From NCBI RefSeq assembly GCF_036321535.1, contig NC_087444.1, positions 44,764,001 to 44,828,000 of the forward strand: 64,000 bases of DNA. Reading direction: 5' to 3'. The notes beneath the pieces are model-generated. The model had not been told where the DNA came from, did not search any database, and saw only the letters and a program-made list of their open reading frames with translations. The DNA is from Camelus dromedarius (lineage: Eukaryota). The translations under genes were made by a program, and so were the position numbers. Positions within the stretch are counted from its first letter, which is position 1, and every line of letters starts with the position of its first letter. Positions 14,380-26,030 of the stretch are shown here, one piece after another.

Positions 14380-15240
14380 GGATTTACTTCCTGTTTATTG
14401 AGCACCTACTGTATGCCAGGTCTAGGTGCTGGGGATACATTAGGGAACAAAACAGATAAAAGTCCTCCCTTCACCTTCTAGAGGAGGAAAACAAGAAATA
14501 CACAAGCTAAACAAGTAAAATATAAGAACAACTAAAGTGATAAAGGAAGATAGGAAGTGGAGGAAGCCTCACCAGGCGACCCTTGAATAAAAACTTGAAA
14601 GTGAGCAGATCATATGAATACTGAACCGCAAGCACAAGGGTCCTGAGACTAAAGCATGTCCGCCACGTGGAAGGGGAGGGTACCAGAAAATAAAAGTGGG
14701 AAAGTAAGAGGGGGTCAGATTATGAAAAGCCTTATAGCTCACTGTAAGGAGTTCATCTCTAAAAGAAATGGGGACCCAGTAGAAGGTTTTTTAAGTAAAC
14801 GAGTGACATAATCTGACTTGTGTTTGAAAAGGATCCTTCTAGTTGCTGTGCTGAAAACAGGGGCCAGGGCAGAAGCCAGGAGACCAGATGGGAGACTATT
14901 TCAATAACCCAGGTGACAGGTGTTGATGATTCGGCCTAGGGTGTCAAGCAATGAATGTGGAGTAAGAAAGAAAGCAGTCAAGGATGACTCAAAGGTTATT
15001 GGTCAGAGCCTTTTACATCACTGAGAAGAGGGGGAAGAATACAGCAAGAAGAGAAGTCTAGGAAGAGAGGTGGAGGGGAGCTTGCTAGCCCTATCTTGAC
15101 ATGTTCAGTTTGAGCTCCCAACCAACAATCTTAGTGGAGATATTAAGTAGGCAGCTGGATATAGGTCAAGAAAGAAGCCCAGGCTGGAGATATAAATGTG
15201 GGATCTGTTAGCCTAATTTATAGGTACTTAGAACTATGGG
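14380..15240 (-). mobile_element. L2 LINE fragment
   Basis: tttattgagcacctactgtatgccagg..aacaaaacagataaaagtcc through ggctggagatataaatgtggga; antisense L2. Confidence 0.6.
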
Positions 15241-16154
15241 CCTTGAGTGGGATCACCATAAATAAAAACTGAAAATGTCTCAAACACAAATGCACAAAGA
15301 ACAGGTGAAAGGAAGAAAAAAACTATGATGCCCAAGGACACCCTCTCACGTCCCCCAAAAAGAACAGAAACGTGACCCTTACTCATGCTGAAAGACATTT
15401 CGGTAAAAAACAAAAGCAAAAAACCTCCTCACACCTGACAAGAGGAGCAAATCCCGACCAGCGGCTGTCAATGGGTCGTCCAACCTTTGAAAAAAAGACC
15501 CCTGTGGTAGGCCTCGTAATTTTTAAAAAAGAGACCCAGTAAACGTAAGCACTGCCTTTGCAGAGGATGGGGTGTTGTGAGTGCAGAGAATGAGCAGGCC
15601 ATCTCCAGGTTCTAATCACCAGCATTTCCCTGGGTGGGAAGGAGCATTCCCCTGGATGCAGAGGAGATAGGCCAAGGCTCACAAGATCGTCACCCTCGCC
15701 CCAAAGATCCCTCTCCTCGGAGGGCAACGTCTCCCTACAGGGTGTATGCTGAGGGGCGAGCGAGTTGGAAGGGCGCGGTCAACGAGGTGGTCAAGCGGAT
15801 TGCGGTGGTGGGGAGGGGTGGCCGATCCAGCATAGGGTGGGCTCCCGGGGCAGCGGTGGGCGTGGCGCACCGTGGCAGAGCGCTGTAGTGGTGGAGGAGG
15901 GCATTCGGAAGGCCGTGGCTCCGTATTCAGAAAGAGGACAGAGAGCAGGTACTCCCCGACCGCAGCTCTACGCTATAATAGTGGGCGGTTCGGCAGGGCG
16001 CTGTCGCCGGCGTCAGGCATGCCGGCTGCCATGAGGCGAACGGGAAGTGTGAGCAGCACGGCTCCGAGCTGGGGACCGGACCCCGCCCAGCCACGGGGCC
16101 CTGGGTTCAAGGACATGACCTGAGCAGGAAGGACGCGGCCTCAGACACCCTTAC

Positions 16155-16230
16155 CTGGCGCTGCAGCCGTGTCGCCGCTCAGGTCCCGGCTGAAGAACGC
16201 GGCCGCCGCTTCTCGCGCCGCTCGCCCGCG
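16155..16230 (-). other. NUP93: Non-coding first exon, probably NUP93 (TSS approximate)
   Basis: Minus strand reads ..gcgagaagcggcggccgcgttcttcagccgggacctgagcggcgacacggctgcagcgccag|GTAAGG, a strong donor with no ATG. It lies downstream of CCAAT and GC boxes. Gene name is from synteny. Confidence 0.65.
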
Positions 16231-16237
16231 CCTCCTG

Positions 16238-16427
16238 ATTGGTCAAGGCCGGCCTTCCCAGAAGGCCCCGCGCGGCGCGCCGCCAAATGAACTTTATGGA
16301 GACCCGTGGAGGAGGACACGGACACCGGCGGGATTGGGGGCGGGGCGGGGCGGGGTGGGGGCGGGGCTTTGGGCTGAGTTGTCACTCCCTGCACGCCCGC
16401 GACCACCGCCCTCACCCCTCCCACGTG
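16238..16427 (-). promoter_or_regulatory. TATA-less housekeeping promoter elements
   Basis: CCAAT boxes (attgg at 16238-16242 and 16333-16337), tandem Sp1 GC boxes ggggcggggcggggcggggtgggggcgggg (16337-16366), E-box CACGTG (16422-16427). Confidence 0.7.
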
Positions 16428-16479
16428 GTTAGAGTCGGCACTGGCCTGAGAAAGCGATTCCGTAATTCCTGCGCGGACT

Positions 16480-17100
16480 TCTTACCCTTTACTGAGCGCC
16501 ATCCGAGTGCCAGGCACTATTCTAGGTACTGGGGGCAAAGTGGAGACCACGACAGACAATATCCCTCCCCTAATGGAGTTCTCAGACTGGTGGGAGAAAC
16601 AAAAAATAACAAATCACTGTCAGTTTGTCAGGAAGGTAATGATGAAAATAGCAGGGTGATGGGGGAGAGAACGCCTGTGTGGTCAGGGAAGGCCTCTGAG
16701 GAGGTGACGGCTGAGCTGAAACATGAATGATGAGAAAGTGTCAGCCTTGCATAGTCTTGGCTGCAGAACATTCCAAGTAGAGGGAACAAAACTGAAGACT
16801 CCAGGGGAAACAAGCCTGGTATTTGAAGAATAGAAAGAAGGGGAGTATGACTGGCAGAAGATGATTGAGGACAGGTGGGGTAAGACTCACAGTTGGCTGG
16901 GGCCAGACTTTGCAGGTCCTTTGGGCCATGGCAAGAAAGTTGAAGTTATTCCTCATACAAATGGAAGCCGCTGGAGGGTTTGAAGCAGGGTTGTGACATG
17001 AGCTGGCTTACCTTTGTAGATGATCCCTCTTGCCCTCTGGGTGGAGAATGGCCAGTAGGCAGCAGGAAGGAGCAAGAAGACTACTGCTTTGTCCAGCACA
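16480..17100 (-). mobile_element. L2 LINE fragment
   Basis: tttactgagcgccatccgagtgccaggcactattctaggtactgggg ... ggagggtttgaagcagggttgtgacatga; antisense L2. Confidence 0.6.
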
Positions 17101-17629
17101 TAAGGATTGTGGGACTAGGATTGTAGCAATGCCCACTCGTGCAACATACATTAGTGCTCACTATGTGCCCCAAATGAATAAGGCCCAGTCCTTATGATCT
17201 GCTGAGGACGCAGGTCCATAAAGAGTGCATTTCAATTTAATGTGCAAAGTGCATGACAGAACTATGTAAGGATGGTAAGGGAGTTTAACCCATTCTGGGG
17301 AGTTGAAACTCAAGGAGGCCTTCACAGGGGAAGTGTCACATTAACTGAGCCATTAGGATGAGTAGGGCTTAGACTGGCAAAGAGCGAAGGGAGGTTTTTT
17401 CCTGGCCTAGGAAAATGGAGTAAGCAAAGGTAGAGAGGTGAGAAATAGTGCTCTCTCCACTCTCACTGCTACTTTTGCTGGAGCAGTCATGGAGGACCTC
17501 TCTGAGGAGATGGCATTTGAGCAGAGAACTGAATCTTTGAAGGAGCAGCCATGTGGAGACAGGATCAGCAAGTGTCATGGTTTCTGGGACAGATGGGATT
17601 TCAAAGCACACTCTCTACTTCCACCAAAA

Positions 17630-17970
17630 TAAAACAAATTCACCCAAAACAACAAAACTCCAAGCCCAAATGGCTTGATTGGTGAACTGTTTCAAATATT
17701 TAAGGACAAAGAGAAAGTGTATAGCTCAGTGGTAGAGTGCATGCCTAGCATGCTTAAGGTCCTGGGTTCAATCCCCAGTACCTCCAAGAAAAAAAAAAAT
17801 CTAATTACTGCCCCCTCAGAAAACAAACTACAAATATTTAAGGGCAAAATAACACTAATCTGACACAAACTCAGAGAATAGAAAAAATGTGAACACTTTC
17901 CAGATTGTTAGATGAGACCTTTATAACCTTGAACCCAAAACCTGGCAGAACCTTACAAGAAAAGAAATAG
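17630..17970 (+). mobile_element. Old L1 ORF2 fragment (interrupted by a SINE)
   Basis: aaaactccaagcccaaatggcttgattggtgaactgtttcaaatatttaagg ... ccaaaacctggcagaaccttacaagaaaagaaa matches the L1 ORF2 PGPDGF/GEFYQTFK region. Confidence 0.65.
17711..17830 (+). mobile_element. tRNA-Ala-derived SINE (camelid vic-1 type)
   Basis: tatagctcagtggtagagtgcatgcctagcatgcttaaggtcctgggttcaatccccagtacctcc with A and B boxes, an A tail, and TSD caaatatttaagg (17693-17705, 17831-17843). Confidence 0.85.
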
Positions 17971-17974
17971 GACA

Positions 17975-20900
17975 ACAACTGTAGTAAACATAAGACAAAG
18001 ATGACAAGAGACAAAAAAGGGCATTATATATTAATAAAAGTTTCAATATACAAGAATATATAACAATTATAAACATTTGCATACCTAATAACAGACCAGA
18101 GAAATATATGAAACAAAAACTGACCATATGAAGGGAGAAATAAATAGCTCTACAATAATAGTCAAAGACTTCCATACCCTAGTCTCAATAAAGGATAGAA
18201 TAACCAGACAGAAATTAAGTAAGGAAATAGAGGACTTAATCCGTAGACCAACTAGATATGACATACAGAACAACAGCAGAATACACAATCTTCTCGTGTA
18301 TCCATGAGATATTTCCTAGGATAGACCATATATTAGACCACAGATTTAAGTCTCAATAGATTTTAAAAGACAGATATCATACAAATTATCTTCTTCAGCC
18401 ACAGCAGGATGAAATTACAAATCAACAGAAGTAAAACTGGAAAATTTTTTAATTTGTGGAAATTAAACAATATACTCTTGAACAACTAATGATCAAAGAA
18501 GAAATTACAAGAGAAATTTAAAAATATTTGAATTTTCTAGAGATGAATGAAAACACACAACATAGCAAAACTTCAGGATGTAGTAAAAGAAGTAAGGGGG
18601 AAATTTATAGCTATAAACACTTATATTTAAAAAACAAGTAAGATTTCAAATCAACAACTTAACTATACACTTGAAGGAACTAGAACAAGAACCAAAAAAT
18701 AGCAGAAGGAAGGAAATGATAAATATTAGAGCTGAGATCAATGAAACAAAGAATAGAAAAAATTAATGAAACCAGAAGCTGGTTCTTTGAAAAGATCAAC
18801 AAAATGGACAAAACTATAGCTACTATATGTAGCTATATATACTAAGAAAAAATGAGAGAAATTTTAAATTACCAAAATCAAATATGAAAGTGAGGACATT
18901 ACTATTCTACAGAAATGAGGATGATATGAACACTATGAACAACTGTACCCCAATAAAGTGGATAACCTAGATGAAATGGACAAATTCCTAGAAATACCAA
19001 GACTAAATCAAGAAAAAATTAAAAATCTGAGTTGACCTATAATTACTAAGGAGATTAAATCAGTCATCAAAATTCTCTCAATAAATGCCTTGGATCCAAT
19101 GACTTCACTGGTGAATTCTACCAAACATTTAAAGAACTAGTACCAGTCTTTCTCAAACTATTCCAAAAAACTGGAGGNNNNNNNNNNNNNNNNNNNNNNN
19201 NNNNNNNNNNNNNNNNNNNNNNNNNNNNNNNNNNNNNNNNNNNNNNNNNNNNNNNNNNNNNNNNNNNNNNNNNNNNNNNNNNNNNNNNNNNNNNNNNNNN
19301 NNNNNNNNNNNNNNNNNNNNNNNNNNNNNNNNNNNNNNNNNNNNNNNNNNNNNNNNATATATGAAAATCAGGTAATGTAATATACTACATTAACAGAATG
19401 AAGGAGAAAAATCACATGATCATCTCAATTGATGCATAAAATATATTCAACAAAATTCAACACCCTTTCATCATAAAAATCATTTGGCAAACCAGGAACA
19501 GAAGGAAAGTACTTTAACATAATAAAAGCCATATATGAAAACCCCACAGTAAACAGCATACTCAGTGGTGAAGAGCTGAAAGCTTCTCCTTTAAGATCAG
19601 GAACAAGGAAGGCAGAGATGCTTGCTTTTGCCACTTCTATTCCACATAGTACTGGAAGTTCTAGCCAGAGCAAGAAAAATAAAGATAAGGCATCCNNNNN
19701 NNNNNNNNNNNNNNNNNNNNNNNNNNNNNNNNNNNNNNNNNNNNNNNNNNNNNNNNNNNNNNNNNNNNNNNNNNNNNNNNNNNNNNNNNNNNNNNNNNNN
19801 NNNNNNNNNNNNNNNNNNNNNNNNNNNNNNNNNNNNNNNNNNNNNNNNNNNNNNNNNNNNNNNNNNNNNNNNNNNNNNNNNNNNNNNNNNNNNNNNNNNN
19901 NNNNNNNNNNNNNNNNNNNNNNNNACATCTANNNNNNNNNNNNNNNNNNNNNNNNNNNNNNNNNNNNNNNNNNNNNNNNNNNNNNNNNNNNNNNNNNNNN
20001 NNNNNNNNNNNNNNNNNNNNNNNNNNNNNNNNNNNNNNNNNNNNNNNNNNNNNNNNNNNNNNNNNNNNNNNNNNNNNNNNNNNNNNNNNNNNNNAGTCAC
20101 ATATCTATACACTAACAATGAAAAATCTGAAAACTACAAAAATAATTCCATTTACAATAGCATCAAAAATCATTTAGAAATTAACTTAACCAAGAAGGTG
20201 AAAAACTTGCACAATGAAAACTACAAAATATTGCTGAAACAAATTAAAGAAGACATAAGTANNNNNNNNNNNNNNNNNNNNNNNNNNNNNNNNNNNNNNN
20301 NNNNNNNNNNNNNNNNNNNNNNNNNNNNNNNNNNNNNNNNNNNNNNNNNNNNNNNNNNNNNNNNNNNNNNNNNNNNNNNNNNNNNNNNNNNNAACTTATC
20401 CTTTATGGAGTTTCCTTAAAAACTAAAAACACAATTTTCACATGATCCAGCAATTCCATTTCTGGGTATATACTCCAGAGAATTGAAAGCAGGTCTCAAA
20501 GTGACATTTGTACACCCGTGTTCATAGCATTATTCACAATATCTGAACTGTGGAAGCAACCCAAGTGTTCAATGATGGATGAATGGNNNNNNNNNNNNNN
20601 NNNNNNNNNNNNNNNNNNNNNNNNNNNNNNNNNNNNNNNNNNNNNNNNNNNNNNNNNNNNNNNNNNNNNNNNNNNNNNNNNNNNNNNNNNNNNNNNNNNN
20701 NNNNNNNNNNNNNNNNNNNNNNNNNNNNNNNNNNNNNNNNNNNNNNNNNACCCAAATTAATAGAGATATAAAGCAGAATAGTAGTTGCCAAGAGCTGGGG
20801 AGTGGGGGTGGGAACGGGGTTTTTGTTTAATGGGTACAGAACTTCAGTTTTACAAGGTGAAAAGAGTTTTGGAGGTGGATGGTAGGGATGGTTGCACATT

Positions 20901-20992
20901 ATGAAATTATTTAATACCACTGAACTATACACTTGAAAATGGTTAAGATGGTTAATTTTATGCTGTGTATATTTTACCACAATTTTTAAAAA
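17975..20992 (+). mobile_element. 5'-truncated, degenerate L1 (L1MB-like): ORF2 endonuclease/RT remnant plus 3' UTR, broken by five N-gaps
   Basis: Endonuclease-like agagacaaaaaagggcattatata..gggagaaataaatagctctacaataatagtc; 3' UTR ending ttaagatggttaattttatgctgtgtatattttaccacaat. Many stops and frameshifts. Confidence 0.85.
19178..20749. other. Assembly gaps (N runs 19178-19356, 19696-19924, 19932-20094, 20262-20392, 20587-20749)
   Basis: Seen directly; all lie inside the L1. Confidence 0.95.
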
Positions 20993-20999
20993 TGTTTTT

Positions 21000-21680
21000 A
21001 AGGTTGTGGAGCAACTGAGACCATCATATACTGCACAGTAGTTGTAAAAAGGAACACTCACTTTGAAAAACTGGCAAAATATATTAAAGCTAAATACACA
21101 CATACTCTGCGATTCAACAGTTCTATGTATGTATGTATGTTTTATATATTGTCTGTCTATCTTTCTATCTCCAGCATAAATGTATACATATTTTCACCAA
21201 AGCCATGCACAACAGTGTTCATAGCACCATTATCTGTATTAACCCAAAAGTGGAAACTACTCAAATGTCCATTAACAGAAGAATGGATGAATAAATTTGG
21301 TGCTGTCATATAACAAAATACTGCAGTAACTAAAAGAAGGAACTACATCCACATGTAACAACATGAATGAATTTCACAGACATAATAGAAAGCAAAAGAA
21401 GCCAGAGCCAAACGTATGACTCCACTTATATAAAGTTCAAATCAGACAAAACTAATCTATGGTGACAGTTGTCAGAGCAGTGATTATTTTGAAGGGAGGA
21501 AGGGTTGTCAACTAGACAGGGAAATGAGACAATCTTCTGATGTCTGTTAATGTTTCTTAATCTGGATGCTGAGTGCATGGATGTATTCACTTTTTAAAAA
21601 TTCATTGAGATGCACATTTAAGATTTGTGTATTTTACCACACATATATTATTCATTATACTACAATAAAATTTTTAAAAA
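21000..21680 (+). mobile_element. Old L1ME-like 3' fragment
   Basis: ccaaaagtggaaactactcaaatgtccattaacagaagaatggatgaataaa ... ttcattgagatgcacatttaagatttgtgtatttt. Confidence 0.65.
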
Positions 21681-22539
21681 GTAAAATATGCCCTTCGCTG
21701 TGGAATATTCAATATTTTTGCCACCCAGAATTTATATCACTTCATTTCCCTCAACTATTTGCAGTCTAGATCCTGTTTCATTTCTTTGGTCTTCCCTATA
21801 ATCCCAAACATGCGGTAAGTGGAAGGAAAGCAAGAAATATTTCTTAAATGACAGACGGAATCCAGCTCCACAATTGCCCCCTATCTCGAGCTAATGCTGC
21901 TTGAGATGGGTTCTTAGTGGGTGGCAGCAAATTACATAATGCTTTGTGATCTGTGGCTGAGTGATCAGCAATATTCTTTAAAAGTCATTAAAAGCTTAAA
22001 AGAGAAGCATCTTACTCTGCACTTCAGATGAATCTAATTTTAGCTGCACAAAAGGTGACTTAGCATTATCAGAGATGGCAAATTATCAGAGATGGCTTTG
22101 ACTACAACACTAGCTCTTGTGTGGTCACAATCAGTCAGATCTACCAGAAGTCCTGTGCTAAGGATGCTGAGAGCAGGTCCAGGCTCAGCAGAGGAACACT
22201 GAGATTGTTTGGTGTGTCAGGATGTTCGAGCTCCAAATAACCAATTGAAATCGACCTAAACAATAAGGAAATGTGCTATTAACCTAATTAGAAGTTTGGC
22301 AGTGGATGTCAGGTTGGTTGATTCAGCAGCTCACAGTCTCCAAGGACTTTTCCATCTCTCTGCTGTGTCATCCTTGGTGTGAACTCCATCTTGGAGTAGT
22401 AAAGATCTTGCTGATCAAACAGGATAGATAGCTGTTAGCTTATAAAATGGTTCATATTCCTTGGGCTCTGTCAGAGTTCTTGACAGACACGGGATATTTA
22501 AAGATATTCTCTCCAGCTGGGATCTATTAAACAGTAAAC

Positions 22540-22780
22540 AAAGTAAATTAAGACCATGGCAATCATTAAGCGCTGTATGCAATACCCTGTGCTAATGATC
22601 TCTGCAAGATTCTTCTCATTTAATCCTCACAGGGGCCCCTTTGAGAGAGGTGCTATTGACAGCCCCATTTTAAGCTGCAGAAAATGAGCCTAGAATTAAG
22701 TGGCTTACTCAAGGCCATATGGTGAGCCCAGCCCAGAACAATGATTGAAACATGACCCCAGACCCCATGTTCCATACTAA
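22540..22780 (-). mobile_element. MIR SINE
   Basis: cattaagcgct..tctcatttaatcctcacaggg..gccccattttaagctgcagaaaatgagcctaga..aagtggcttactcaaggcca. Confidence 0.65.
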
Positions 22781-22814
22781 ATCCCATCTTCTCTCACAAT
22801 AATACACTCCCTAC

Positions 22815-22828
22815 CCTGTAGAGGGCGC
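22815..22828 (+). promoter_or_regulatory. Candidate CTCF site
   Basis: CCTGTAGAGGGCGC matches the core CCASYAGRKGGCRS with one mismatch. Confidence 0.5.
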
Positions 22829-22844
22829 CATGGCTGAAAGGTGA

Positions 22845-23480
22845 CCAGCCTGGTGAAGATGTAAAGCAACTAGAATTCTCATACACTGTTAGAATATAAA
22901 TTTATACAACCACTTGGTAAAACTAGCAATTTTAAAAAAAATTTAAACACACACATACCCTATGACCCAGACTTACTACTCCTAGCTATTTACCCAAGAG
23001 AAACAGAAACATTTACACAAAAACACTTTTACAGAAATGCTTATAGCAGCTTTATTCCTAATAACTGAAAACTGGAAACTACCCAGGTATCCATCAACTG
23101 GAGAATGAATAAACAAAGTGTGGTAGAGCTGTGGAGTGGAATACTATTCAGCAACAAAAAGGAAGAAACTACAATTTCTGTGTTGCTATAAATGGACTTC
23201 AAAAGCCACTACGCCAACCGAAAGCCAGACATACAGGAATACATACTCCACGATTCTTCTTGTATCAAGTTCAAGAACAGACACAACTAATCCATGGTGA
23301 TGGAGGTGAGAGTGATTGTTCCCTGGAAGTGTTGACTGGCAAAGGCACAGGGAACTTTCTGGGGTGCCAGAAATATCCTTTCTTGATCTGAGTAACCATA
23401 CAGGTGTACACGTCTGTAAAAATGTATTGAGCTGTACACTTAAGATTTGTGTACTTTACCAGGTGAAATTATCTCTCAGT
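22845..23480 (+). mobile_element. L1ME-like 3' fragment
   Basis: gtaaagcaactagaattctcatacactg..ctatgacccagac..ctcctagctatttacccaagagaa..aactggaaactaccc..gagctgtacacttaagatttgtgtacttt. Confidence 0.7.
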
Positions 23481-25599
23481 GAAAAGATAATGAACTTCAA
23501 ATGAAAGAAAAAAGTGATTCACACCTAATATTGCACTTGAACCTTGCAGCAACTCAAGGGTAGGCAGGTCAGGGCTGATTATCATCATGCATCCTGTGGG
23601 AAACCTAAACTCCAGGAGGATTAAATGATTTACCCAAGGTTACAGAGGGGAGTAATGGCAGATCAGAGCCTTCCTTCAAGTCATCTGATATCAAGGCCAA
23701 TGTTTTCTGGTCCAAAAAAGCCTCAGAGGTGAACTTAGAAGCCTTCATGAACTGTAATAAGAGCTACCCAGTGAAGTCCTTAAATAGACTTCCCTGCCAA
23801 GTTTCTGAATTGGGGTTGGAACAAATCCCACACTCTCATTAATCAGCAGCTAACTATCAGATGACATCGTGAAGGTGGTAGGATTTTTTCAACATCTGGT
23901 TGTTTTATTTGTTATTAAACATACTGACTGTTGAGTGAAAAAAAAAAAAACCCATCCTACACATCTCTTCGTTGCTGCTGTTTCAAAACAGCTTTGCCGA
24001 CATCTATCAACTTTGTTTATGTCAAATTATGCAATTTGTCACTGACGCTAAATTTGCCAAAAGAAAAGTGAATTTGATTGACAAGGCCCCAGGGTTTTTC
24101 TCTTCCTTTTCAACGTTCCAGATGTTAAAAAAAAAAAAAAGTTGGATCCACTCCCAGGAAGTCTCATCTGCAGATGAAAAATATACCAGAGGAGCTTGCG
24201 GGATATGGTTACAGTTTCTGAAGAAACTTTGTCTCCTGGAGACCCCATCTTCTTGATTGGTTCAAATTACCCTCCATTTTCAATTGCTGCCTCTCAATAG
24301 AGTCATCTGTTTTGAATCCCATCTGTCAGGGGTTCTGTTGTGGTTGAGTATTAAATGTATTTGCAGCTGGAGGTTCAGGAGAAAAAAACTTAAATGACAA
24401 AAGAAAAGTGTCCCCAAGAGTACAAGTAGAAAACAGAAACAGGCTTATAGTTATTAATGCTCTTAGAAATCAGAGGACTTAATCCTTCTCTGAAAACCTA
24501 GGAGAAAATTAGTATCATCAAACAAGTATGGTGGACAACAGTGGACACTGGGTGGTATTGGGGCTTTCCACCATGTATTCTCCCTTCTGTGGTAACTAAA
24601 CCCAAGAACACGCAGGTTTACTCTGGGGGGATTACCTCTTTCACACTGTGGGCATTCTCTTAGGGATAATAATCTATCATGAAGAGTTGTAATTACTATA
24701 TAATGAATTAACAGTTTCTCGCTTCTTTCACTGGAGAATCTTATTATCATAAAGGGAAAGTTAGGGAAAAGAATCTCACATGGCAGACACTTTATTTATG
24801 CTGTTTAATTTAATCCTTCCAACAATTCTTTCCAAGTATCCCCATGTTTCAGAGGAAAAAGGAAGCTAAGCAGAGTAATTTGCCCAAGGTCATGTCAGCT
24901 AAGGAACCGAAGAAGGATTTGAACCCAGGTTGGTCTAACGCTGCAGCCCAGGGTCTTGCCACCATGCCGTTATCTTTTTAGTACTGATGTTGAGGAAGGC
25001 GGGGCTGCTGTTCAGAAAGAGTTGAGCTGCACATCCCACAACAGGGACTCCGATGAAGCAAGAGAGGCGCCGTGGGTTGTACCAGTGGCCCCTGACAGTG
25101 GGCGCCTCCTTGCCTCACCGGAGTCCCAGCCCTGGCACATCACTGTCACTGGGGAAACAGGATTTTGCCCTCTGAAATGCTTCATGTCCAGGCCCCACTC
25201 ACCATCATGGTTCTCAAGCTTTCCCATAATGGCCTGGCCAAAAAGTCAAGGGATCTGAATGCTGCCTGTGGCCTGTTTGGGCCATGGGGTGAGGGGGTGG
25301 GCACGCCATTTGCCCTCTGAATCTCAGCCCCACCGTGTGTCGGGGGAAGTCAGTAATGCTTGTCCAAGTTCAGCCCACCTGGCAGGATGCAATAAGACTC
25401 CTGGAAAGATGTGCATGGAAGGACTTTGAAAATGCTAGAGGCTATAGGAATGTTCTGGATTCCTCAACTTCTTTCTGAACAAGGGTGAGTTCCCGAGAAA
25501 TTAATTGGTGTTTGTTTTTGTTTTGTCTTCTCTCTGTTTTGTGTGTGTGTGTGTGTGGTCGGCATCCACTAACAAAGAGTGAAAAGTTGATTTTCTCCT

Positions 25600-26030
25600 A
25601 TCTCCTCATAGGAAAACAGCCAGGTGTAGAAGTTAGTCAAACAGAAACCAATAATGATGACAACACCAACACCTAGTGGCCTGAACGAGGTAAGGCGTTA
25701 TTTCTCTGTCATGTTAAGAGAAGTCTGAAGAGAGGCCATCCAGGCAAGGTGGTGGCTCCTGAGTCACCCAGGACTCAGGCTCCTTCTACACTGTTGCTCC
25801 ATCGTCCTTAACATCCTGCCTCACTGTCCAAGGTGGTTGCTTAAGATCCAGCTATTATGTCCAGGTTCCAACTAGCAGAAAGGAGGGCAGGGCCTGAAAC
25901 AGCTTCTCATTCCCTTTAAGGATTTATTTTTACAGTTTTACATCCACTTACCAGTCATTGGACAAAACTTGGTCCCATGCCATCACTGGCTGCAAAGTAG
26001 GCTGGGAAATGCAGTCTTAGCTGGATGTCC
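25600..26030 (-). mobile_element. Old MaLR LTR (MLT1J/K-like)
   Basis: gactcaggctccttcta..cattggacaaaacttggtcccatgccatcactggctgcaaagtaggctgggaaatgcagtctt. Confidence 0.55.

Larger units (their letters stand above)
1..16154 (-). other. NUP93: Probable first intron of NUP93 (continues beyond the left window edge)
   Basis: Begins at donor CAG|GTAAGG (GT at 16154-16153). I found no coding exon in 1-16154. Identity is inferred from the conserved mammalian order MT1 cluster - NUP93 on the same strand; NUP93 coding starts in exon 2 after a long intron. Confidence 0.6.
15690..16520. promoter_or_regulatory. CpG island over the NUP93 promoter and exon 1
   Basis: Dense CG dinucleotides and high GC, in contrast to the CpG-depleted flanks. 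Confidence 0.85.

Noticed and set aside
1-16154. NUP93 coding exons
   Set aside because: No sequence encoding the NUP93 N-terminus (MDTEGFGELL..) was seen; exon 2 presumably lies left of the window.
17717-17785. tRNA-Ala gene (also at 34053, 35339, 35570)
   Set aside because: A-rich tails, TSDs and broken stems show these are tRNA-derived SINEs, not tRNA genes.
19425-21103. ORFs containing X runs
   Set aside because: Artefacts of N-gaps within a degenerate L1.
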